Assembly: GCF_001945605.1 (NCBI RefSeq)
Contig: NZ_MPKA01000076.1
Span: forward strand, 1-7,194
Length of the DNA: 7,194 bases
Direction: 5' to 3'
Source of the DNA: Dubosiella newyorkensis
GTDB taxonomy: Bacteria; Bacillota_I; Bacilli_A; Erysipelotrichales; Erysipelotrichaceae
The notes under the pieces were generated by a model. That model saw only the letters and a list, made by a program, of their open reading frames with translations. It had not been told where the DNA came from and ran no database searches. Both the position numbers and the translations under genes were made by a program. This document shows, piece by piece, positions 1 through 6,341 of this stretch (position 1 is the stretch's first letter; each line of letters starts with the position of its first letter).

Positions 1-2
1 TA

Positions 3-113
3 GAAGGATTCTACAATACGATCCGGATCCATTCCCATTGCGGATACGAATCCCCGATGGAATACGAGAAAAATTACAAGATATTGAAAAAGATGCGTTT
101 AGAAAAAAATTGA
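3..113 (+). CDS. rve-type DDE transposase (IS3-family-like), C-terminal fragment; the 5' part lies outside the window
   Basis: Frame 3 reads EGFYNTIRIHSHCGYESPMEYEKNYKILKKMRLEKN, then TGA at 111-113. The string YN-x2-R-x-H-x3-GY-x-SP-x-EY is the conserved tail that follows the catalytic core of rve/IS3-type transposases. It is absent from the ORF track because it has no start codon in the window. The IS right end cannot be placed without the left inverted repeat. Confidence 0.55.
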   Translation, partial: EGFYNTIRIHSHCGYESPMEYEKNYKILKKMRLEKN

Positions 114-493
114 GAAGCGTCATTGACAATGGGGATCCCTAAGATAAGCTTGGGGCTTTTCAAGCTGCAGCAAAAGCTGGGAGTTTGAAAAGCAACAAGA
201 AATGGGTTCTTAGGGATGGGGCCCGTAGTCAATGGAAAGCGGAACAAATTTTTTCGGATTTGTCAAAAACAGAAATTTAGATTGTCCTCAAACTTGACAT
301 AGTACCAGATAGTGCCAAAGCAACAGAATCAGAGACGAAGGATGAACTGATTAAAATTGATGAAGATATTTCTACTGCAGAAGAGAAGAAACAATCGAAT
401 GGAGTAGTTGGAAATAAATCAGAAATATTAAAAGAGGACATAATAAGTGAATTTGAAATTAATCTTAGTGATACTGAGATATATACGAATAAA

Positions 494-3400
494 ATGTTTG
501 AATATAATTTTGATGACACTAACCGTTTTAGAGATTATTCAATAGAAGATGGTTATGGAGATGTCAATATGAGAAATTTAACGTTTACCAATCAAGATGG
601 TGAAATGTTGATTTTTCAAGAAGAGAATTTTTATGTTTATACAAAAAATAATAATGGATGCTATAAATCACGACTAAGCCCACTAGGAATGCGTTTTATA
701 AGTTGTGAAGATTTTCCCGATAAAAAAAATTATATTATAGAATTAAAAAATCCTATTTTTTCGGTTTTAGGCTACAATGGAGGATATTGGATCGAACATA
801 AGACATTGGGTGATATTTGGACAGCAGATATTTATGGCGGAATTTCTGAAGAAAAAATGGAATTAAATTTACGGCTTAATAACGGGGTCGTCGTGAGTCA
901 TATAGTGGTGGATCTAAATGAAGATTTTAAAAAGCAAATGTTAAAAGCTTTGGAAAAAGGTGAAGAAAATAAACCTGATATTCCAACACAGATTTATGAT
1001 TCTTTCTATCATGAAAATGATTTAGATTTTATTGAACAGACGTATATTGCTACTTCTCCAGAAAGCTTGAAGGAAGAATTATCCCGTATTGTTGTATTCA
1101 ATGATAATGAAAGTATGTTGGATATTTTTCTAGGAGAATGGAATGTAACAAATGTCGCGCAAGGAATCGCAAAAAATATTCTTTCTGTAAAAGCTCTTAA
1201 AGGTGGAGAAACAAGCTTTGGATTAAAACTTGGGGATAAAATAATATCTGAAGTGAACTGTAAGGTTATTCCTAAATTTACTTTATCGGAATCTAAAGTA
1301 TCTCTCGATCAAGATAAGAAAGAAGTTACTTTAACCGCAGAATCGGAGTTTATTTCGGATGAGCTGGCAAATGAAATTCTCGATAAACTAAAATGGGAGA
1401 ATAATAGTTCGGCTAAAGTTGATATCAAAAAAGAATTTAAGGATGGAAAATTTACGATCACTTTTACATTGTATCCAAGTTTGGAAGTGTATAAAGATGA
1501 GAGTTCTTCGTTAGTAATCAAAAATTTAAATATGAAAGATATTACTTTAGAAATCTTTCAAAAAGGCCATTTTGAATATAAGGAACTTTATCAGATACTG
1601 AATAGCCCGGGATTTAAAAATTCTATGATTCAGTATTTGACGAAAGATGGTAATTTCACGGCTTCGCTGCTTGTTTCTGAAAAAGATCCAAAATTTGGAA
1701 CAGCGCTGGCGAAAGCCTATTCAGATCTCTATTTTAGAGGGTTAGATGGTTGGAAGGAGATCATTGCGAGTGAGGCATCTAAAGATCTCGCGACGGATAT
1801 TCTGATTGGATATATTTATAATTCAAGTGATATTATTTCTCAAATGTCTGCAGAGAAAGAAGGGTTTTCTTTAGTCAAAAAATTAAGCGAAGCACTGAAA
1901 TGGTATTTAGCAAAAGAAATGAATGAACATTTGGAAGATGCGGGAATACTTAATCAACTGAACAAAGAAATTACTTCATTACAAGATAGCAGTGAGTTTT
2001 CAAAAGCGTTGATTAGCGGAAAGATAGACGATGTATTGGATATTCTGGTTAAAAATGGCTCAAATATCTCAGCGAAAAAGATCTCAGATTTTTTTAATAG
2101 ATTTTATAAATCAAGCGAATATGTGAATAAAGCAAGTGAATATTTAAAGAAATTCGGATATGCTGTCGATGGAATCATGGTAACGAAAGATACCATGAAT
2201 AATTTTAGTAAATTCAATGCTTTAGCCAATGCGAATAAGTATTATATTGAAATGTTGGATTATATAGAAAAAAACTGTGAATTGAAGGCAATGGTCAACG
2301 CTTCGAAAGAAGTCAAAGCATTGATTTATCGTGAATTTAGTTCTTTAGAATATGTTCTTCAAGATGCTATTCAGAAAGGTACGGACATCGCAATCAATGA
2401 AGCTCTCAAATTTGCGGGCACTAAAGTTCCTATTTTAAATATTATAAAAACCGGATTTGATTTAGGAAAATTTGCTGGAAATGCTCTGTTTAACGTGAGC
2501 AGTATGCAAGAGTCTTATGATAAGTTAAGGTGTTATACCTATCTCAATAAAGCGCTCTCATCCTGGACTATATCTAAAAACACAAAATTCGCAGAATCAT
2601 TGATTTCACAAAACAATGTCGATGCTGATAATGCGGCTTATGAATATTTGTATACTCTTGATATTTTAGCCGAAGGACGAATCGGCGGAGAAAAGACATT
2701 ACAAAAATATCTGGATTATATTTGGATGAATAAAAATGAAGAATTAATTCGATTAAGTAAGACCATTCAAGAAGGAATTGAATCTCAGAACAAGTATTGG
2801 GATTTAGGAAAACTGATGGAGAAATGTGTCACGGTTAACATTTCATGTCCGGTGGATATTCAAGTATTCGATAAAAATGGGGGTTATCTTTTTACCATCA
2901 AAGACGGAAAGGAAATGGCAGAACAATTGGACGGATTGCGTTATAACGTGGAATACGATCAATTAGTAGATGACTATAATAAAATTCTGACATTTAATCC
3001 AGAGACTGGGTATTCTTTAAAACTTGTCGGTTATTCAACGGGATGTGTTGATTATCTTGTGATGTATAAAGATGAAAATGGATTATCAAGATATAAAACA
3101 ATCAATAATATTCCGATTGAGAAAGGAACAGAGATATCAATCAAACATATCGACGAAAATGCAAAGTTGATTTTATCAGAAAACGATTTGAAGAAAATGG
3201 TTTATGAACCGGTATTAAGAGAATCGCAAAAATATCAAAAGGTCGATTCGATCGATTTAAAAGTTAAGAATAGGGTAATGGCTCCAGGAGAATCGCAACC
3301 TATTTATACTGTATTAAATCCATCCGATTCTACTATAAGCGATGTGTACTGGTCCACCAGCAATTCAGATATTATTCGCATTTCTGATGATGGAATTCTT

Positions 3401-3844
3401 ACAGCCATAAAATCGGGTACAGCCACGATTTGGGCCTATACGGTAGATGGAGCAAAAAAAAGGGTAATAATTACAGTAAGCAATCTAAATGAAATTGGAG
3501 ATAAAACGGATGATCCAATCAATGATAAGAATCCATCAGAAAAGCCAACTCCACCGATTAATGACCCAAACAAGAAACCGGATACGAACGATCCTGGGGA
3601 TACGAATAAACCAGACGAAAAACCATCAAATAATACGCCAGTTATCAAGCCGATGGTAAACAAAGGAAACGAAACCAAAGTCATTCCTGTAAAAGCGGAA
3701 TCGACCATCGAAAAAGTGAATGGATCATCTATAAAGCACTCGCCAGAAACTGGCATCGCCATTCAGAAGAGCAGCTCCATATGGATGAATATCCTCAGTT
3801 TGCTTGGCCTTGGATGGATCGTTCATAAGAAACGGAACCATTAA
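494..3844 (+). CDS. Cell-wall-anchored surface protein (Big_2 Ig-like domain, Pro-rich stalk, SPETG sortase signal). The N-terminal ~900 aa belong to no family I recognise. The start is uncertain and the gene may be 5'-truncated.
   Basis: Uninterrupted 1116-codon ORF ending in TAA 3842-3844, with a C-terminal Big_2-like segment, a P/N/D/K-rich linker and a tripartite sorting signal. There is no Shine-Dalgarno sequence before ATG 494 and no N-terminal signal peptide (MFEYNFDDTNRFRDYSIEDG...). The frame is open upstream to 281. An alternative start is ATG 569, with GGAG at 557-560. Confidence 0.85.
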   Translation: MFEYNFDDTNRFRDYSIEDGYGDVNMRNLTFTNQDGEMLIFQEENFYVYTKNNNGCYKSRLSPLGMRFISCEDFPDKKNYIIELKNPIFSVLGYNGGYWIEHKTLGDIWTADIYGGISEEKMELNLRLNNGVVVSHIVVDLNEDFKKQMLKALEKGEENKPDIPTQIYDSFYHENDLDFIEQTYIATSPESLKEELSRIVVFNDNESMLDIFLGEWNVTNVAQGIAKNILSVKALKGGETSFGLKLGDKIISEVNCKVIPKFTLSESKVSLDQDKKEVTLTAESEFISDELANEILDKLKWENNSSAKVDIKKEFKDGKFTITFTLYPSLEVYKDESSSLVIKNLNMKDITLEIFQKGHFEYKELYQILNSPGFKNSMIQYLTKDGNFTASLLVSEKDPKFGTALAKAYSDLYFRGLDGWKEIIASEASKDLATDILIGYIYNSSDIISQMSAEKEGFSLVKKLSEALKWYLAKEMNEHLEDAGILNQLNKEITSLQDSSEFSKALISGKIDDVLDILVKNGSNISAKKISDFFNRFYKSSEYVNKASEYLKKFGYAVDGIMVTKDTMNNFSKFNALANANKYYIEMLDYIEKNCELKAMVNASKEVKALIYREFSSLEYVLQDAIQKGTDIAINEALKFAGTKVPILNIIKTGFDLGKFAGNALFNVSSMQESYDKLRCYTYLNKALSSWTISKNTKFAESLISQNNVDADNAAYEYLYTLDILAEGRIGGEKTLQKYLDYIWMNKNEELIRLSKTIQEGIESQNKYWDLGKLMEKCVTVNISCPVDIQVFDKNGGYLFTIKDGKEMAEQLDGLRYNVEYDQLVDDYNKILTFNPETGYSLKLVGYSTGCVDYLVMYKDENGLSRYKTINNIPIEKGTEISIKHIDENAKLILSENDLKKMVYEPVLRESQKYQKVDSIDLKVKNRVMAPGESQPIYTVLNPSDSTISDVYWSTSNSDIIRISDDGILTAIKSGTATIWAYTVDGAKKRVIITVSNLNEIGDKTDDPINDKNPSEKPTPPINDPNKKPDTNDPGDTNKPDEKPSNNTPVIKPMVNKGNETKVIPVKAESTIEKVNGSSIKHSPETGIAIQKSSSIWMNILSLLGLGWIVHKKRNH
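3242..3478 (+). other. Bacterial Ig-like group 2 (Big_2) domain-coding segment of the surface protein
   Basis: VDSIDLKVKNRVMAPGESQPIYTVLNPSDSTISDVYWSTSNSDIIRISDDGILTAIKSGTATIWAYTVDGAKKRVIITV shows the usual Big_2 pattern: L-x-G-x-x-x-L, v-x-P-x-x-a, v-x-W-x-S-S-n-x-x-v-a-x-v-x-x-x-G-x-v-t-a-x-x-x-G-x-a-x-I-x-a. Recognised by eye, not by HMM. Confidence 0.6.
3509..3652 (+). repeat. Pro/Asn/Asp/Lys-rich low-complexity wall-spanning linker with three imperfect 12-14-aa units
   Basis: The three units are DDPINDKNPSEKPT (3509-3550), PPINDPNKKPDT (3551-3586) and NDPGDTNKPDEKPS (3587-3628), followed by NNTPVIKP. This is the typical position, just upstream of the sorting signal, of a peptidoglycan-spanning stalk. 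Confidence 0.5.
3740..3841 (+). other. C-terminal cell-wall sorting signal: SPETG motif, hydrophobic segment and basic tail
   Basis: SPETG is encoded at 3740-3754. It is followed by IAIQKSSSIWMNILSLLGLGWIV (hydrophobic) and HKKRNH (positively charged) directly before the stop. This is the classical tripartite architecture of sortase substrates, with an (S/P)PxTG-type variant instead of LPxTG. Confidence 0.75.
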
Positions 3845-3846
3845 AC

Positions 3847-3894
3847 AAAAAAAGAATCAGACCTCATGCGAGAAATCTGATTCTTTCTTTTTTT
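3847..3894. terminator. Bidirectional rho-independent terminator between the convergent surface-protein gene and the kinase operon
   Basis: Perfect inverted repeat aaagaatcaga (3851-3861) / tctgattcttt (3876-3886) around a 14-nt loop. It is flanked by an A-run at 3847-3853 (a U-run on the minus strand) and by cttttttt at 3887-3894 (a U-run on the plus strand). The minus-strand ORF 3857..4672 has its stop codon (3857-3859) inside the left arm. Confidence 0.65.
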
Positions 3895-4672
3895 GAATGT
3901 GTTCTTGCTCCATGAAGTTGAGCAGATCGTGTCGAAGCCTACGCCACTCTTCATCCGGTTGTTCCGAGCGCAAATAATAACGCAGCTGCTCACGATAGAC
4001 AGCCTCGAGGCTCTTCAAACTTTTTTTCTCTCTTTCTTTTCTGACAAAGCGACTAAGCGAAAAGAGCGTGAAAAGATTGAGCCCATACAACAAAACGACA
4101 ATGATCCAATACCAAGAATCAAAAAACATATTTTGATGGACCATGCTCACTTCAAACACAAGCAGGACCTGCAAGATCGTATTGAGCAAAAGCGTAGCCA
4201 AATAACTCAACATTTTCAGGTTTGTTAAATCGAGATTCGAAAAGAAACGCAAAAAAAGGATCGTCAAGAAAGCCATCTCAATAGTCGTTGCCCAAGTCAA
4301 TACAATTTGAAGCTGAGTAAAAGAGAAAAGATCAAAAAACGCTTTTGTAGAAAGATAGGAAATACACTGGCCAAACAATTCCACGAGAATTAAGATCGTC
4401 TCATACAACAAGATCGCAAGAACGATCCGCCTCCAGCTCTCCCTACAAAAAAGCACACGACAAAGAAGACCAAAAAATAAGCAATTCACCAAATTTTTAA
4501 GAATGACATCCACATTTGAAAGCCATAAATTGATCGGAACAAAAAGAACCACCGAAACGACCCAAATGATCAAAAAATAGAAAACAGGACGTTTTGAATG
4601 CAAATAACAAGCAAACCAAGCGGATTGGATCGCCGTCTGCAATAGAACAGCGATCAAATACCAAATCAGCAT
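3857..4672 (-). CDS. Polytopic membrane protein equal to the sensor half of an AgrC/HPK10-type histidine kinase (6-7 TM plus H-box RRLRHDLLNFM), with no ATPase domain. Probably a 3'-truncated kinase paralog.
   Basis: 271 aa with six to seven hydrophobic helices in aa 1-209, then a charged linker (KEREKKSLKSLEAVYREQLRYYLRSEQPDEEW) and RRLRHDLLNFM (His codon 3929-3931). That is the R-H-D-x-x-N box of LytTR-associated kinases. The ORF ends 18 codons after the His. Its ATG (4672-4670) overlaps the upstream gene's TGA (4668-4666) as ATGCTGA. Confidence 0.7.
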   Translation of the reverse strand: MLIWYLIAVLLQTAIQSAWFACYLHSKRPVFYFLIIWVVSVVLFVPINLWLSNVDVILKNLVNCLFFGLLCRVLFCRESWRRIVLAILLYETILILVELFGQCISYLSTKAFFDLFSFTQLQIVLTWATTIEMAFLTILFLRFFSNLDLTNLKMLSYLATLLLNTILQVLLVFEVSMVHQNMFFDSWYWIIVVLLYGLNLFTLFSLSRFVRKEREKKSLKSLEAVYREQLRYYLRSEQPDEEWRRLRHDLLNFMEQEHIQKKKESDFSHEV

Positions 4673-5526
4673 TCATCCACCTCGTTTTCTCGATCCAAAC
4701 ACAACGTGGCCGTGCTTTTACACCAACCATCCTCGATCTTTTGTGAAAATAAACCACCATGCTTACGACAAGCATTCTCGATGATCAACAAACCAAGACC
4801 GTGCTTCATTTTCTCTTTCTTTGTCGAACGACCTTTCTCGATCGAAACATTCTCCAAGACCGTATTGTCGACCTTACACACAAGAACGTTCGCCCTAACG
4901 AATAAATGAATATCGATCTTGCGCTCGTGATCCAAAGAAAGCGTCGCCTCGATCGCGTTATCGATCAAATTGGTCAACACGCTCACCAACACAAAATCAT
5001 CCAAAGCCAATTCTTTCGGAATCGCAGCCACGATCGAATGTTCGATCCCGCCCTCCTTCATCTTTAGAGCCTTGTGATAAAGAAGCGAATCCACAAGATG
5101 ATTGGGACAATAGTTTATAAAAAGCGAATCACGCTCTTCATCAAGAGCCACATCGATCTTTTCTCTCCATCGACCTTCATCCCCATTCTCGCATCCTTCT
5201 TCTTGCATGCACACTTTTAATTTCTTTTTCAAACGAGCCATATCTTCTTCCGCCTTCATCGTCGCTAAAATATGCTCATTCTCCATCTTGACCTGGAGCT
5301 CGAATGCTTGCTGATGGGCATCTTCCTCCATCTTGGAAACGAGCTGACAAAACAATCGAACTGAAAAAAAGATAGAAATAAAAAGAAGAAGAAAAATCGC
5401 CCACATCATGATTGGCAAAATACTCTTTCCTGAATTCTGTTTCGCCCAAAAAAGAACGGAAATCAGTAATCCTTCTACGATCAAATAGGCGACAAGAAAC
5501 CATCGAACCGAAAACGAAGATTTCAT
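4666..5526 (-). CDS. Membrane-bound GHKL-ATPase sensor kinase-like protein (AgrC/LytS-like, HATPase_c_5 type), 2 TM, with a degenerate H-box
   Basis: 286 aa with two N-terminal TM helices joined by a very short outer loop (AKQNSGKS). N-box VLTNLIDNAIEA at about nt 4945-4977 and G2-box HGLGL at nt 4789-4803. The PNHLVDSLLYHKALKMKEGGIE segment is typical of this kinase class. At the H-box position it reads ARLKKKLKVCM (nt 5218-5235 encode RLKKKL). Its ATG overlaps the response-regulator stop as ATGA (5526-5523). Confidence 0.85.
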   Translation of the reverse strand: MKSSFSVRWFLVAYLIVEGLLISVLFWAKQNSGKSILPIMMWAIFLLLFISIFFSVRLFCQLVSKMEEDAHQQAFELQVKMENEHILATMKAEEDMARLKKKLKVCMQEEGCENGDEGRWREKIDVALDEERDSLFINYCPNHLVDSLLYHKALKMKEGGIEHSIVAAIPKELALDDFVLVSVLTNLIDNAIEATLSLDHERKIDIHLFVRANVLVCKVDNTVLENVSIEKGRSTKKEKMKHGLGLLIIENACRKHGGLFSQKIEDGWCKSTATLCLDRENEVDEC

Positions 5527-6239
5527 TTCTCCAACTCCCTAGACTCGATCAAATATTGATGAAACGCCTCCTTGATCGAACGCTGATAACTTCTCGAAAC
5601 CGAAAGCAAAGCGCCATCCCGCATTTTCAAATCACGCACCATATACGAAGAAACGTGATCAAAATTCACGACAAACGCCCGATGCGAACGATGAAACGAC
5701 ATCGGAAGGACTTGAGACAACGCTTCAAGATCCTCCTTGATCTTGAGCGTCTGCTCCTCCATATGCACAAGCGTATACCGCTTGATCCGCTCCAAATAAT
5801 AAATCGCATTCGGATCCAAACGAACGATCGAAGAATTCGTATGGACGACGATCGAACTTGACAACTCATTGAGCAAACCGATCGCCTTGAGGATAGCAGG
5901 CTCTAAACGAGCTTCTTTTTGTGGCTTATACACAAAATAGCAATGCTCCACCTCATAGACATCGCATGCTTTTTCTAAAAAAGAACTCATAAAAATGATC
6001 ACACACAACGGATCGATCTTCTTGATCGCTTTTGCCAAAACGATCCCATCTTCACCTTTTGCCAAAACGATATCAACGATCACGATCCGCTTCTTTTCAT
6101 GAAAGCGAACATGCTCCAACAGACCCTTGCCATCTAAAAAACCAAGAACCGAAGCCGACGGAAACCGACACTCGATCCATTGGATCAAATCTTGACGGAA
6201 CGAACGATCGTCTTCACAAACAATGATTTCAAACTTCAT
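5523..6239 (-). CDS. LytTR-family response regulator (N-terminal receiver domain plus C-terminal LytTR DNA-binding domain)
   Basis: 238 aa. The receiver has an acidic pocket (CEDD, aa 8-11), phospho-acceptor Asp in IVIVDIVL (D56), IIFMSS and YFVYKP. The C-terminal half, IVVHTNSSIVRLDPNAIYYLERIKRYTLVHMEEQTLKIKEDLEALSQVLPMSFHRSHRAFVVNFDHV, matches the LytTR pattern (i-x-l-x-x-I-x-Y-x-E ... F-x-R-x-H-R-S-x-x-V-N). First gene of the operon. Confidence 0.9.
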   Translation of the reverse strand: MKFEIIVCEDDRSFRQDLIQWIECRFPSASVLGFLDGKGLLEHVRFHEKKRIVIVDIVLAKGEDGIVLAKAIKKIDPLCVIIFMSSFLEKACDVYEVEHCYFVYKPQKEARLEPAILKAIGLLNELSSSIVVHTNSSIVRLDPNAIYYLERIKRYTLVHMEEQTLKIKEDLEALSQVLPMSFHRSHRAFVVNFDHVSSYMVRDLKMRDGALLSVSRSYQRSIKEAFHQYLIESRELEK

Positions 6240-6265
6240 CTTCTTCCAACTTTCTTTTTTATAGA

Positions 6266-6294
6266 ATTATAAAACAAGAGGAAAAAAGAGGAAA
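6266..6294 (-). promoter_or_regulatory. Candidate promoter of the regulator-kinase operon: perfect -10 TATAAT plus two tandem TTTCCTCTT repeats over the -35 region
   Basis: On the minus strand, TATAAT lies at 6271-6266, 27 nt upstream of ATG 6239, with a weak GGAAG Shine-Dalgarno sequence in between. The -35 position reads TTTCCT (poor). TTTCCTCTT occurs twice with a 10-bp period (6294-6286 and 6284-6276) immediately upstream of the -10. Confidence 0.35.
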
Positions 6295-6341
6295 GCGAAT
6301 GATGCAAAAAAATACAATTAAACTGATATTCTATTCGGACA

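Noticed and set aside
2-139. Frame-2 reading RRILQYDPDPFPLRIRIPDGIREKLQDIEKDAFRKKLRSVIDNGDP as the real gene at the window start.
   Set aside because: The overlapping frame 3 contains the highly characteristic rve/IS3 transposase tail (FYNTIRIHSHCGYESPMEYE). The frame-2 reading has no recognisable motif and is probably open by chance over a coding region.
140-280. Stop-codon recoding or readthrough (TAA 140-142, TAG 278-280) as an explanation for the three in-frame open blocks upstream of the surface-protein gene.
   Set aside because: TAA is used as a genuine terminator by the surface-protein gene and the TnpB fragment in this same window. The first block (2-139) also overlaps a much more convincing transposase frame. 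Decay or truncation is the simpler explanation.
294-299. Perfect TTGACA hexamer as a -35 element for the surface-protein gene.
   Set aside because: No acceptable -10 lies 16-19 bp downstream (the sequence there reads aaagca or gatagt). The hexamer also lies inside the upstream open frame.
722-3461. Homopolymer tracts inside the surface-protein gene (A8 at 722-729, T7 at 2089-2095, A8 at 3454-3461) as slipped-strand phase-variation switches.
   Set aside because: Runs of 7-8 A/T are expected in a gene this AT-rich and Lys/Phe-rich. They are all in frame at present, and nothing distinguishes them from background without population data.
3857-6239. Calling the locus an agr-type quorum-sensing system (agrBDCA).
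   Set aside because: Only the AgrA-like (LytTR) and AgrC-like components are present. There is no AgrB-like membrane peptidase and no AgrD-like small peptide gene in or next to the operon, so gene symbols agrA and agrC are not justified.
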